DNA from: a virus
Length of the DNA stretch: 64,000 bases
IMG/VR virus record: IMGVR_UViG_3300043444_000140
Span: 1 to 64,000 of that record
Strand: one strand, 5' to 3'
Shown one piece after another: positions 1-9,862 of this stretch (position 1 is the stretch's first letter; each line of letters opens with the position of its first letter). Position numbers and translations under genes: made by a program. The notes beneath the pieces are model-generated. The model ran no database searches and was not told the origin of the DNA. It worked only from the letters and a program-made list of their open reading frames with translations.

Positions 1-1
1 C

Positions 2-679
2 TTCATACTTACTAGGTTCTGGAAACATGTCAGCCAGGATAGTTTCTTTTAGTAGGGTAAACGATTTGTCTTCGCTAGATATAAACGGATAGTCATTTCC
101 AGTATAAGAGAGTTCGTTCATATAACTTTCACGATGGTATCTCTTAACGTCTGTAATCGTCTCTGACGCTATTTGATAAAGGTTACCATATATAGACCTG
201 GTCTGAAATGGCAAATAAGCAATGTCAGCCAATTTTTCTTTATTGAGTATCATTGGCACGTGGATATCGTAGTCAATTGGGTTTTTTATTCCAAGTCTTT
301 TTAGGCAATCCATGGTTTTCTTTAATGAGATCACATATCCAGATGTAGGATTTACTTGGCGGTATCTAGCGATTTTGTCAGACAACAATCCACCGCTATA
401 GGTCTTAAGTCTTTTAACAGGCTTGATCAAAAAGAAATCATCGTTCATATAGATAAAGTTCTTAGAAACCTCTGGATGTTTTGCTACAGCACCCAGGGCA
501 TAGCGAATGTTGTTAAACTTAGTAGACTTATCTTCTACAGGAATGAAGTCACCAACATACCAATCTGGTTTATATCCTACAACCCATATACGGCTCTCTG
601 GCAGGTTTTTAACTACAGATCGAATAGAATATCTAAGTTCTTCGTTTTCACCTTTACGACAGATGTAGACTATGTCCAT
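2..679 (-). CDS. Stealth-family-like (hexose-1-phosphate transferase-like) protein, runs off window
   Basis: Hand translation from ATG 679: MDIVYICRKGENEELRYSIRS...FIYMNDDFF; ELRYSxRS and NDDFF match Stealth CR2 motifs; absent from ORF track because truncated. Confidence 0.6.
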   Translation of the reverse strand, partial: MDIVYICRKGENEELRYSIRSVVKNLPESRIWVVGYKPDWYVGDFIPVEDKSTKFNNIRYALGAVAKHPEVSKNFIYMNDDFFLIKPVKRLKTYSGGLLSDKIARYRQVNPTSGYVISLKKTMDCLKRLGIKNPIDYDIHVPMILNKEKLADIAYLPFQTRSIYGNLYQIASETITDVKRYHRESYMNELSYTGNDYPFISSEDKSFTLLKETILADMFPEPSKYE

Positions 680-684
680 AACGA

Positions 685-1329
685 TTAGGCTATCGAACTA
701 TTGACCCACAGACCAGTGGATGCTTGGTACTTAAGAACCTGACCGTCTTGTGGGTCGGTAATCTTTACATTGTGAAGTTCTTCAAGTTCATACCCATTCT
801 GGACCTTTACAAAAATCTGACCATTGACCTGTTGACCCCTCGTTACAACTCCGAGGTATACAAGGTGAGCAGGAGCCACAGGCTTACCAGCAAGACCAAA
901 GATCAGTGCACCATTAACTCCAAGCCAAATAGGATCTCCAGTGTTTGCAGAAGACGTGTCGAGTCCCTCAAGAAGACCTTCTGTAATCACAAATCCGAAT
1001 TCATTTGCACCGATAGTTTCAGCCATAATACCCATGGTCTTAGATGAAGTGGTTTCCGAGGCATTGGATGCTACGCCAACTGGGATGTTGGTAGAACTAT
1101 TATTAACAATCTTGGTGTACACTGGGGTACCTTTAGTAATTGTTGCTCCATTAGCATTCTTTACAATGTGCTTAACAGTACTTGTATAGTTTTCGATCCA
1201 CTCAGTGTTATAGTCACTTCCGTCTACCTTTGCCAAAATGTCTCCAGCAACTCCACCAGGAGGCACTCCAGGTCCAGCAGGACCCTCTGGTCCAGGAATT
1301 CCATCAGTGTGATTCGTAAATCTAGACAT
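685..1329 (-). CDS. Fibre-like virion protein with short collagen-like stretch
   Basis: GPEGPAGPG triplets; NANGATITKGTPVY domain shared with 31167..31679; LEELHNVKIT fibre motif. Confidence 0.55.
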   Translation of the reverse strand: MSRFTNHTDGIPGPEGPAGPGVPPGGVAGDILAKVDGSDYNTEWIENYTSTVKHIVKNANGATITKGTPVYTKIVNNSSTNIPVGVASNASETTSSKTMGIMAETIGANEFGFVITEGLLEGLDTSSANTGDPIWLGVNGALIFGLAGKPVAPAHLVYLGVVTRGQQVNGQIFVKVQNGYELEELHNVKITDPQDGQVLKYQASTGLWVNSSIA

Positions 1330-1610
1330 TAGTTACCACTCTCAAGATTGGTTTTCATTACAGCAATCTTAGAGTTATTGGTATCTGTGATTGCGAACAA
1401 GCCATCTCTTCCTTGAAGTTCCCAAGAAATTGCGTGTCCAGGAGCAATACGATATCCATAGTTTGAAGAGGTAACCCCTTCTCCACCAAGATAAACATAT
1501 GCAGAAGAGTCAACATTTTGGATCGTAATGTCCATGCCAGAGTGTAGGACTGCTGGGGTAAGCCTAGTGGCGGTAGAGTTGCTAAGTGTTGTAAGTGCGT
1601 GAGTAGTCAT
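1329..1610 (-). CDS. Hypothetical small beta-rich protein (leaderless start)
   Basis: TATAAT-6nt-ATG at 1610; overlaps start of next gene. Confidence 0.6.
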   Translation of the reverse strand: MTTHALTTLSNSTATRLTPAVLHSGMDITIQNVDSSAYVYLGGEGVTSSNYGYRIAPGHAISWELQGRDGLFAITDTNNSKIAVMKTNLESGN

Positions 1611-1628
1611 ATGACTATTATACACTAG

Positions 1629-1835
1629 TTATTCTGATAGTAATTGATAAGCCCAGTTGAGAACATCTACAGCAATCTGGTCATTAGCCATGTCTTTTTG
1701 GTGCAAAAGGGCACGGAACTTTTCGAAGAAGTGAATTCTTTCATAGGCGATGGCAAGATCAAACACTTGCTCTCCAGCAGGACCAAGAACACCAACTAGC
1801 CTAGTTACTTCACGTAGAATTTCTTCGGAATCCAT
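1629..1835 (-). CDS. Hypothetical protein (leaderless)
   Basis: TATAAT-6nt-ATG at 1835. Confidence 0.55.
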   Translation of the reverse strand: MDSEEILREVTRLVGVLGPAGEQVFDLAIAYERIHFFEKFRALLHQKDMANDQIAVDVLNWAYQLLSE

Positions 1836-1873
1836 TCTACAATTATACCGCTGTTTTCTGGTATAATTATTAT

Positions 1874-2083
1874 ATGAATAATTGTACACTTTGTAATGGT
1901 GAATTGGTAAATATCATCTATGGATACCCAACACCGAAGTTAATTGAGATGGCTAAGACTGATGGCATTGTCCTGGGAGGCACACCAAAGGGCTTCAGAC
2001 CTACTCACTACTGCCATGCTTGCCAGGAACAGTTTCCACAGAATGACCCTGCGTATCCAGACTTCTCGTATCAAGATCTTTAA
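1874..2083 (+). CDS. Small Zn-ribbon protein
   Basis: CxxC...CxxC; TGGTATAAT-6nt-ATG. Confidence 0.6.
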   Translation: MNNCTLCNGELVNIIYGYPTPKLIEMAKTDGIVLGGTPKGFRPTHYCHACQEQFPQNDPAYPDFSYQDL

Positions 2084-2213
2084 GCACGTTTTCTAGGTAT
2101 GCACCACGTCTAAACATGGCTACGATTTCTTCCCCTGTAACCTCATAGTCAAAGTCGTCATACACTATGGTATATGTTCTATCTGGGAAAATCGGGTATC
2201 TAAACTTTGACAT
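2001..2213 (-). CDS. Hypothetical protein (leaderless)
   Basis: TGCTATAAT-6nt-ATG at 2213. Confidence 0.45.
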   Translation of the reverse strand: MSKFRYPIFPDRTYTIVYDDFDYEVTGEEIVAMFRRGAYLENVLKDLDTRSLDTQGHSVETVPGKHGSSE

Positions 2214-2271
2214 GATACAATTATAGCATTTTGGGGTAGACACGGTATTGGTTAGATGGTATAATTATAGG

Positions 2272-2805
2272 ATGAAAAATAACAAGTATAGAATTCAGAC
2301 AATTATTGCCCTGTTCGTAATGCCTCTTGCAGTTACCAACCCAGCACAGGCTGCCCCAGTTGTTACACCTACTGTTGTTACAGCAAAGCCAGACAAGACA
2401 ATGGAACTTCTAAAGCCAATCAAGCCTGTTAAGGTTGTTTACACAAAGAAGACAAGGCTCAAGCCACATGAACTAAAGGATATCCTACATGAGGTCGGAT
2501 TCCGAGGAGAAGGTTTGAAGAAGGCGTGGGCAACTGCCATGAAGGAGTCTACAGGGCGACCACTAGCACACAATCGCAATAGCAATACAGGAGACAACTC
2601 GTATGGTCTGTTCCAGATCAACATGATTGGCTCACTAGGTCCTGCACGTTTGAAGCAGTTCGATCTAGACCACAACAAAGAACTGTTTGACCCATACACC
2701 AATGCCAAGATTGCATTCCACATGTCTAATGGTGGCAAGGATTGGTCAGCGTGGCACGGCATCACAGAGACAACACTGTCCTGGATGAAGAAGTTTCCCA
2801 AGTAA
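2272..2805 (+). CDS. Secreted lytic transglycosylase (SLT/lysozyme-like)
   Basis: Signal peptide ending AQA; catalytic KES, GLFQIN, DP..NA, WSAW motifs; leaderless start after TGGTATAAT. Confidence 0.8.
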   Translation: MKNNKYRIQTIIALFVMPLAVTNPAQAAPVVTPTVVTAKPDKTMELLKPIKPVKVVYTKKTRLKPHELKDILHEVGFRGEGLKKAWATAMKESTGRPLAHNRNSNTGDNSYGLFQINMIGSLGPARLKQFDLDHNKELFDPYTNAKIAFHMSNGGKDWSAWHGITETTLSWMKKFPK

Positions 2806-2813
2806 GGATAATT

Positions 2814-3038
2814 ATGGACATCAATAACCTAGCAAACATGCGTCTATCTGACTTTGAGCAGATCGGCAAGGCGGAGTACAACAAGGGCTTTAGGGCTGCA
2901 CTGGAGACAGTAACTAATCTATTAGACAAGCAAGTATGCGAAGACTTTCTCGCTGACGACGTATGTGACCACGATGGTTGCAGTAAGTTCTCGGCGTTGA
3001 GCCAAGGCATTATCACTGTTAAGAATAATATCCAATAA
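2814..3038 (+). CDS. Hypothetical protein
   Basis: AAGGA RBS then ATG 2814. Confidence 0.5.
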   Translation: MDINNLANMRLSDFEQIGKAEYNKGFRAALETVTNLLDKQVCEDFLADDVCDHDGCSKFSALSQGIITVKNNIQ

Positions 3039-3138
3039 AAGTTCGGCGGTAAATAAGAGAACAAATACAAGACTCCGTCTTGACATTCTCTAGTATCCAC
3101 CATATAATTAATATATCCAAATAACACTAAGGAAATAT

Positions 3139-3381
3139 ATGCTACCCCTAGTAGAAATTAACACTGAATCATTTTCGGCAGTAGTCCCAAATATTAACGA
3201 TATGCCTGCTATGCGTCTTATGGCGATCCAACTTGCACAGAGTTTTGAATGGCAGTACGGCATGATGATGAATCTCTTGCGTGAGAACATTGCTCCCGAA
3301 CTCCAGGACAAGTTTGATAATCTTAGTAATGCTGAGATGCAAAAAATTATTGTCCAATGGGTTGACAACGCAGCCTGGTAA
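3139..3381 (+). CDS. Hypothetical protein
   Basis: TTGACA-N17-TATAAT promoter at ~3080-3108 and AAGGA RBS. Confidence 0.6.
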   Translation: MLPLVEINTESFSAVVPNINDMPAMRLMAIQLAQSFEWQYGMMMNLLRENIAPELQDKFDNLSNAEMQKIIVQWVDNAAW

Positions 3382-3425
3382 CGGTATACTGTATATATAA
3401 AGTTTCCGTTAAACAAAGGACAAAC

Positions 3426-3923
3426 ATGCAAACTTTCATGCCATTCAAATCTTTCTATCACACTGCCCAGGCATTAGACAATAAGCGTCTTAACAAACAA
3501 ATCCTGGAGTGCTACCAAATCCTCAATGTCCTATCAAACGACGATCCTCATGCTGGATGGCGTAATCATCCTGCTGTCAAGATGTGGCGTGGCTTTGAGA
3601 TGGGTCTATATCAGTACGCTATGGTCATGATTGAAGAGGCTGACAAGCGTGGTATCAAGACAGAGAACAACCTTCGTAATCTAGAGAACCTTAACGAGAG
3701 AGCGTACAAGGATTGGGGCTATGGTATGCCTCTCTGGATGGACGACAAAAAGGTTATGGCACGTGTGACAACTACACACAAAGCAAACCTATATCGCAAG
3801 GACCCAGAGCACTACTTTGAGTTCGCTACCGCCGTCGAAAACCCAAACAACAATCCATGTTGCGATCGTTGTAACTACTATTGGGTTGCCCACCGCCCAG
3901 ACCTACTTAAGGAAGTTGCATAA
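3426..3923 (+). CDS. Pyrimidine-dimer DNA glycosylase-like protein (MSMEG_6728 family)
   Basis: MQTFxP, LDxKRLxKQxxE, GWRNHPAVKMWRG, HKANLYRKDP motifs. Confidence 0.8.
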   Translation: MQTFMPFKSFYHTAQALDNKRLNKQILECYQILNVLSNDDPHAGWRNHPAVKMWRGFEMGLYQYAMVMIEEADKRGIKTENNLRNLENLNERAYKDWGYGMPLWMDDKKVMARVTTTHKANLYRKDPEHYFEFATAVENPNNNPCCDRCNYYWVAHRPDLLKEVA

Positions 3924-4210
3924 TGCCACTACATGTAGATATCCGTCTTAATGACAAAGTAATTGAAAGATTGCATATCGGCAGAATCTTAGGCACAGAA
4001 GAAGAAGATAGCGAGAATACTTATTTTGCTATTCTTGGAGAATATCCTGCGTGGGCTATGGAGTGGGCAGATGGTAGTTACTTTACCCACCGCTATGGCG
4101 ATGGTGCACTAAAGTGCATTGAACGTGCTATTGCTGCAATTTATAATCCTGAACAGGATCTATCAGAAGAAAAGGTTAGCAAGATTTGGAATAGCCGTGG
4201 ACACAATTGA
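3923..4210 (+). CDS. Hypothetical protein
   Basis: TAATG coupling to upstream gene. Confidence 0.55.
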   Translation: MPLHVDIRLNDKVIERLHIGRILGTEEEDSENTYFAILGEYPAWAMEWADGSYFTHRYGDGALKCIERAIAAIYNPEQDLSEEKVSKIWNSRGHN

Positions 4211-4336
4211 CGACATTTTAAAGGCAGTAGCCCTACTCGTTCGTAATGGATATACCGTTACCTATGAAGCACCACCAATTGGAAAAGCAGGTACTGGGGT
4301 TTATCTCCATGTCACCGACGAACTTAAGGAAAACAA

Positions 4337-4627
4337 GTGAGCGTAAACCAAGAAGCATTTGATGCTTACATGAAAATATCTCAAGAGATTGAGGACTCCC
4401 TTATTGCTGAGATGGGTCAAGAGGCATACGATGCAAGTCAGCATTGGGTAAACAACCCTCTAATTAGTCCTATTAGCAAAGTACACAACTTTGAAGAGCA
4501 CGAAAAGTGGGTTCGTAAAGACCAGACTGAACGCATTATCAAACTGCTAGAAGATGAAAACAATGACGAGATGAGTATTGACTACCAGAGTTATCTTATC
4601 GCTCTTATCAAAGGAGAGAACAAGTGA
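4337..4627 (+). CDS. Hypothetical protein
   Basis: GTGA overlaps at both ends, AAGGA RBS. Confidence 0.55.
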   Translation: MSVNQEAFDAYMKISQEIEDSLIAEMGQEAYDASQHWVNNPLISPISKVHNFEEHEKWVRKDQTERIIKLLEDENNDEMSIDYQSYLIALIKGENK

Positions 4628-5790
4628 AACAAATAACTAACAAACTATTTAACTGGGCATCAATTCTAGATGACAAAACACTTGAGCAGGCTAAGACAAC
4701 TTCGTCAATGCCGTTTGTATTTCCACACCTAGCCCTGATGCCAGATGCACACCTTGGTAAGGGATCAACTGTTGGGTCAGTTATACCTACAGAGGGTGCA
4801 ATTATGCCTGCTGCAATTGGAGTAGACATTGGTTGTGGAATGATGGCTATTAAGACCAATAAGACTGTAGATGATTTGGCTACCGTGGATCTTAAGGGAT
4901 TGCGTGAAGCGATTGAGTCTGCCATTCCATTGTCAGCGTTCAAGCATAACCAGACTGTTTATCCAGACGCACTTGATGCTGCTGAAGAATTGTTAGAGGA
5001 TGCACTAGATGCAGGATTTAATCCATCTGACTATGCTTCTAACTGGATGCACCAGATTGGTTCCCTTGGCTCTGGAAATCACTTTATTGAGATTACTAAA
5101 GATGAAGATGGATCTATCTGGCTATTCCTGCACTCAGGTTCACGTGGAGTTGGCAATAAGATTGCTACACATCACATTGCTGTTGCACAGGAATATGCAA
5201 AGAAGAACTTTATCACCCTTGCAGATCCAGATTTGGCATACCTTGTAGAAGGCACTCAGGAGTTTCACCGTTATATCCTAGAAATGTACTGGGCACAAAA
5301 GTTTGCATTCAAAAACCGTGACGTAATGATGAATCGTGTCAAGAAGGCATTCAAACAATATGCAGGGGATTTTGAAATCATTGAGGAGATTAACTGCCAC
5401 CATAACTTTACTCAACTTGAGAATCATTGGAGCAAGGATTTATGGATTACTCGCAAGGGTGCTATCTCTGCCAAGGAAGGTGAGATGGGACTTATCCCAG
5501 GTTCGATGGGAACTGCATCATATGTTGTTGAAGGACTTGGCAATCGCCTATCATTCTGCACTGCACCACATGGGGCTGGACGTGAATACTCTCGTAATGA
5601 AGCACGTAAGACCTTTACAAAAGAGTCTCTAGATGCTATGATGGAAGGTATTGAATGGTCAAAGTCTGACGCATTCATTGATGAACATCCAAACGCATAT
5701 AAGGACATTGACGTAGTAATGGAAGACGCAAAGGATCTTGTAAAGATTCGTCACACACTACGACAGATTATTAACATTAAGGGAGACTAA
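4624..5790 (+). CDS. rtcB: RNA-splicing/repair ligase RtcB
   Basis: PDAH, GVDIGCG, GSLGSGNHF, HSGSRG, HHN, RKGA, PGSMG, HGAGR, DExPxAYKDI motifs all present. Confidence 0.95.
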   Translation: MKQITNKLFNWASILDDKTLEQAKTTSSMPFVFPHLALMPDAHLGKGSTVGSVIPTEGAIMPAAIGVDIGCGMMAIKTNKTVDDLATVDLKGLREAIESAIPLSAFKHNQTVYPDALDAAEELLEDALDAGFNPSDYASNWMHQIGSLGSGNHFIEITKDEDGSIWLFLHSGSRGVGNKIATHHIAVAQEYAKKNFITLADPDLAYLVEGTQEFHRYILEMYWAQKFAFKNRDVMMNRVKKAFKQYAGDFEIIEEINCHHNFTQLENHWSKDLWITRKGAISAKEGEMGLIPGSMGTASYVVEGLGNRLSFCTAPHGAGREYSRNEARKTFTKESLDAMMEGIEWSKSDAFIDEHPNAYKDIDVVMEDAKDLVKIRHTLRQIINIKGD

Positions 5791-5793
5791 TTA

Positions 5794-6204
5794 ATGAACA
5801 AGAAACTAATTGCAGCAACACTAATTGCCCTAGCAGCAACTACCTCACTATCTGGTTGTGCTACCCAGGCAGATGGCGTATCCTACAACCTTTCGCAAGA
5901 GGCAGAGAAGTTCCAGGTATTGCGTAGGATCGTATTCTTCAACGGCATTACTGATAAGTATCTGCTGGAGTTGCAGGGGTATTGTGCAGTAGACACTGGT
6001 GACAACTCGGCATTGGCTGGGGCATTGGAAGTCACATGTATGACTGGACCAAATAAGTATAAGAAGCATTATCTTGGTCTAAGTGACAATGTGTCATACT
6101 TTGTTGAACAACTTGAAGCAAATAATGCAAAGGCTTTCCACTATCAGGTTAACTTCCATCCAGAAAACATTATTCCAGATATTTCAATTACTACTGAAGG
6201 TTAA
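5794..6204 (+). CDS. Putative lipoprotein
   Basis: Basic N-terminus, hydrophobic stretch, LSGC lipobox. Confidence 0.7.
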   Translation: MNKKLIAATLIALAATTSLSGCATQADGVSYNLSQEAEKFQVLRRIVFFNGITDKYLLELQGYCAVDTGDNSALAGALEVTCMTGPNKYKKHYLGLSDNVSYFVEQLEANNAKAFHYQVNFHPENIIPDISITTEG

Positions 6205-6205
6205 A

Positions 6206-6607
6206 ATGACGCTATACTATGTAAAACAAGATGACACCATTTGGGGTTGTGGAGACCCTGCGTGTTGTGGTGAATATTATGAAGAGATTGAAGAGTCTTT
6301 CGTGGAATGTACGTGTGGTATTCCTGAAAGGGATATGACCGCTGATCATCTGCATGTTTGCAATGGTGGTGGACCAGTTCTGGAATGGCGTAAGGCTAAG
6401 AAGAAGGAAGTTTTGGCATTCAGGGATGGCGAAACCAATATCTACTACGAGGCTTTTGAGAAGGGTATTGAGTTCCAGAAGAACGAAGACGCTCGTAAAC
6501 TTAAGACCAAGAGAGACAAGACTATCCACGAACTTGTACACGAGGGCTATACCGTCATCGTTCAGGGTGCTGGGGCAACTGAGACTTACTATAAGGAAGA
6601 AGCATGA
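6206..6607 (+). CDS. Hypothetical Cys-containing protein
   Basis: GAAGG RBS, ATG 6206, coupled to next gene. Confidence 0.5.
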   Translation: MTLYYVKQDDTIWGCGDPACCGEYYEEIEESFVECTCGIPERDMTADHLHVCNGGGPVLEWRKAKKKEVLAFRDGETNIYYEAFEKGIEFQKNEDARKLKTKRDKTIHELVHEGYTVIVQGAGATETYYKEEA

Positions 6608-6840
6608 TTGATTCATCAGATCAGGTAACTATTGTCATTACCAAGGTTATGTACGAGGGAGAGCCAAGCCACTGGGGTCTAGACGTTTCTCACAATGGGG
6701 AAGAACTAGGCAGTGGTACCGCACCGACTTTTGCTGGGATATACGACATGGGATACAGCATTATTGCTGGTGGCGATAAGCACAGCAACTGGGAAGTAAA
6801 TCCCTGGACTACTTTTGACGCAAACGAAAGAAACAAATGA
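6604..6840 (+). CDS. Hypothetical protein
   Basis: ATGA overlaps. Confidence 0.5.
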   Translation: MIDSSDQVTIVITKVMYEGEPSHWGLDVSHNGEELGSGTAPTFAGIYDMGYSIIAGGDKHSNWEVNPWTTFDANERNK

Positions 6841-7511
6841 GCGACCTACTCCTAGTGTTCCCCGAAGTATCGGAAGACCTTGTATCTAATATGATGGTAT
6901 CCATTACCAAGAAGATTGATCAGACTGGTAGTGAAATTGCTATCCAGGGATTCCTTGGTGGAGAGCACGGCTATGGTGCACACTACAAGAATGACGTGTT
7001 TGAGATGCGTCCATTCTATTGGGGTGACTGTACTTGTGAGCATGACGATCTTCGTAGTGCCTGGGAAAACGATAACGACCACGATAAAGACTGCTATCAG
7101 ACACTGTTTCACGAAATGCACTTTGTAAACTATGGAGTAGACTGGAACTTTGACAAGAAGCCTGGGCATGGGTGGGTCAAGGGTTCGGTAGAGGATGCCT
7201 GTGACTGTGTAGATACATTGTATAAACAGTTCGGCATTCCAGATGGTACGCCTGGCGGATACACGCACTGCACCTGCATGTACGATATTAATTATTCTAA
7301 CTTTGTTAAGTCTATTAGTCATTCAGAGGAATGTCAGATGGACAAGCCTAACTTCAAACACTATGCTTCTGGTATAGAGGTGGAGTGGTATAAGTACATT
7401 GGCAGAGGAATGGAGTACGACGAAGACGTTACTATTGAGCAGTGGGTAGATGTCTTCAAGGAATGTTTGGGGTCAATTGGAGGAAAAGATGAAACTACCA
7501 AAGATATTTAA
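6837..7511 (+). CDS. Hypothetical Cys/His-rich protein
   Basis: CTC, HxxxC repeats; ATGA overlap. Confidence 0.6.
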   Translation: MSDLLLVFPEVSEDLVSNMMVSITKKIDQTGSEIAIQGFLGGEHGYGAHYKNDVFEMRPFYWGDCTCEHDDLRSAWENDNDHDKDCYQTLFHEMHFVNYGVDWNFDKKPGHGWVKGSVEDACDCVDTLYKQFGIPDGTPGGYTHCTCMYDINYSNFVKSISHSEECQMDKPNFKHYASGIEVEWYKYIGRGMEYDEDVTIEQWVDVFKECLGSIGGKDETTKDI

Positions 7512-7728
7512 ATGGCGATTACGCCTAGTCCAGAAAGGCTATGACCTAGGCTGGAAGCATGGATACGAAGCAGGAATGAAAGAGAATCACAACCAGATTG
7601 TTGACCTTCTTAACAAGCATATCCATGATGTTGACTGGATGAAGGAAGATCCGTACACTCGTAAAGAGTTAGTTCAAGTTGTTAAGGACCATGCAGTAGA
7701 TAAGGAGCCAGTCGGTTGGGAGAAATAA
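7489..7728 (+). CDS. Hypothetical protein
   Basis: GGAGG RBS before ATG 7489. Confidence 0.55.
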   Translation: MKLPKIFKWRLRLVQKGYDLGWKHGYEAGMKENHNQIVDLLNKHIHDVDWMKEDPYTRKELVQVVKDHAVDKEPVGWEK

Positions 7729-7985
7729 TCAGTATGAGATTTGAACAGTTCAGAGAATGGCTAGCGTTCAAGATTTATCCAGATCTACACTTCTATATGA
7801 AGTTGAACAAGACTATTGGTGAATTGAACGAGAACAAAAGGATTGTAAAACTTATTGAACAGTCTAAGTTTAAGAACAAGAAAGCGGTAATTGACTTAGT
7901 AGAAACTAAGTTTGTTTACATGAATAGTCTTAAGCAGACACTAGACGACGCTTTTGAGGATCAAACATCTTCGGACGCTTCTTAG
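7716..7985 (+). CDS. Hypothetical protein
   Basis: ORF continuous with operon; start uncertain. Confidence 0.45.
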   Translation: MGEIISMRFEQFREWLAFKIYPDLHFYMKLNKTIGELNENKRIVKLIEQSKFKNKKAVIDLVETKFVYMNSLKQTLDDAFEDQTSSDAS

Positions 7986-8176
7986 AAGCCTTTCCGCTTG
8001 GACGAGAGTCGTTACGAGCACCTTTAACTTTTTTAGCCATACACAAATTATACCATAAACCAGGAGGGTATCATGGGAAGAATCATTGACATAGACGAAC
8101 TAATAGAAGAAGAACAGCCAGAGGAAGAACAACATCCACCAAAGATCTTTCGAGACATTGCACAGGCGGAATAGAC

Positions 8177-8374
8177 ATGGCAGGTAAGATAATCAAGATA
8201 GGCAATCCACACTACTGTGAGAAGCCTGATCTGTATAAATGGAGAAATCGTAAACTGCTAGAGGGAACTCAATGGCAGTGCGATGACTGCAACGATATCT
8301 ACGAGATAAAGAATAGTTACTATGCAGGATTCCATTGGGTAAAAATTTCGGGGAATTTAGAAGATGCTTCATAA
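8177..8374 (+). CDS. Small Zn-binding protein
   Basis: HxC...CxxC; last rightward gene before the non-coding block. Confidence 0.5.
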   Translation: MAGKIIKIGNPHYCEKPDLYKWRNRKLLEGTQWQCDDCNDIYEIKNSYYAGFHWVKISGNLEDAS

Positions 8375-9210
8375 TCCCTAGTATAAAATAAACCTAGTAG
8401 AAAGAATACACTTATATGGAATACATTGCTTTGGCTTTGATTGTTTTTGTATGTGCCTTTATAGGTTCATATCTGAGATAGTTATACACAGGATTTTGTC
8501 CAGAAATATCCCTGATTTCACAGAGTTATTAACAAGTTGCTAACAAGTTATCCACATAGTTATACACAGATTTATCCACAGAAATAGGGGAGTTATCCAC
8601 AAGTAAATCTTACTGATAATGATCGTCAATAGCGATATGAGAGATTTGGATATTGTTATTGGGTAATGGAGCCCATCATTAACAGGCTTCGTAATCATTT
8701 TCTCCCCAAATCCCCCTATCCAAATACCCAAATACCCCTATCACACATATCCAGATTTGTCAAGTATGCATAATATCCCTGATTTGTCAAGTCTTTTAGC
8801 CAAATTGTTATAAATCTTATTGATAATTATTTTCATTAACATCCCACAAATGTGGAAAAATATAGATGTTTCGTAATCTTTTTTATGAAAACATATCCAC
8901 ATTTTGGGGAAAAATAAATGACCATCGTAATGTCTTTATACTAGGGGTGTATTATATACTAGGGAGGATTCTTATCAAGAGATGTTATCCGTACCCTGGC
9001 TTCGCCAGCCCTTCGGGGGTATATAAAGAATGATCCCAATATCCCTAGTATAACAAATACCCTATATACAAATACAGCGTAGCCAGATATCCCTGATTTG
9101 GGGAAAAATAAACAGTGATCGTAATCTTTTTTTGATACTTGACAAATTGGGGAAAATATGATAGGGTTCGTAATCCCAATTTCGGGGAAAAATATTTAGA
9201 GGATCGTAAT
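8350..9210 (+). repeat. Non-coding block with six GGGG-N16-CRTAAT-type units plus ATATCC(C)TGATTT and TATACTAGGG repeats
   Basis: Units start at 8350, 8852, 8906, 9100, 9149, 9184; TATACTAGGG direct at ~8937, ~8955 and inverted at ~8376, ~9043. Confidence 0.8.
8482..8601 (+). promoter_or_regulatory. Cluster of co-oriented DnaA boxes
   Basis: TTATCCACA at 8548, 8572, 8593; TTATACACA at 8482, 8560; degenerate copies at 8526, 8537; 11-12 bp periodicity. Confidence 0.8.
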
Positions 9211-9292
9211 GATATTGTTATAAAAGATACTTGACATTTGGGATTTGGTGGATCGACCCACAGGGATCCCCCATGAGGGGACCACCTGATGT

Positions 9293-9577
9293 TTATTTAT
9301 ATAGTTCGTTATGGTCGCTAATGAGTCTGTCTTCTGTGATTCCAAAATGCTCACAGACATCATCAAATAGTTGGTCAATGATTTCTATTCCACGCTCTGT
9401 TGGTGTAGCGTATCCAACATAGACAGATAGAGCCATAGCGAAACTATCCTTGGTGTCTGGGTCTTCATAGAAATCTAGAAAGGCTGACCAATCGCTGTCG
9501 TCTTCATCACGATAGTCCATATGAATGTATGCGAGTATCTTTATCTTATTAGCAAGGGGAGTCTGTGTCATCTTCAT
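9293..9577 (-). CDS. Hypothetical protein, paralog of 9590..9862
   Basis: Alignable TP..K..IL....DYR.D..F; TTGACA-N17-GATAAT promoter, leaderless. Confidence 0.65.
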   Translation of the reverse strand: MKMTQTPLANKIKILAYIHMDYRDEDDSDWSAFLDFYEDPDTKDSFAMALSVYVGYATPTERGIEIIDQLFDDVCEHFGITEDRLISDHNELYK

Positions 9578-9589
9578 ACTACTATTATC

Positions 9590-9862
9590 TCACGCTCCGT
9601 CTTGTATGTCAAGTACATCATCTACCGTTTCGAATCCTGTGTCTTCCCTGTTCAATCCTGCTAGTAGAAGGTCAAACGCCTCATTGATAAAATTCTCTGA
9701 GAGAGCAGTCTTTTCAATGATCCCCTCGTATGTCGCATATGCCAGCGGTAGCCCTAGGTCAGCGTATTGGAAGAAATCCTGAAACTCTTCGTCCTGTCTG
9801 TAGTCTAGCCATAGTTCGGATAGAATGCTACATCTAGTAGTAAATGGTGTCTTGTCGCTCAT
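9590..9862 (-). CDS. Hypothetical protein
   Basis: GAGGA RBS; paralog of downstream gene. Confidence 0.65.
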   Translation of the reverse strand: MSDKTPFTTRCSILSELWLDYRQDEEFQDFFQYADLGLPLAYATYEGIIEKTALSENFINEAFDLLLAGLNREDTGFETVDDVLDIQDGA

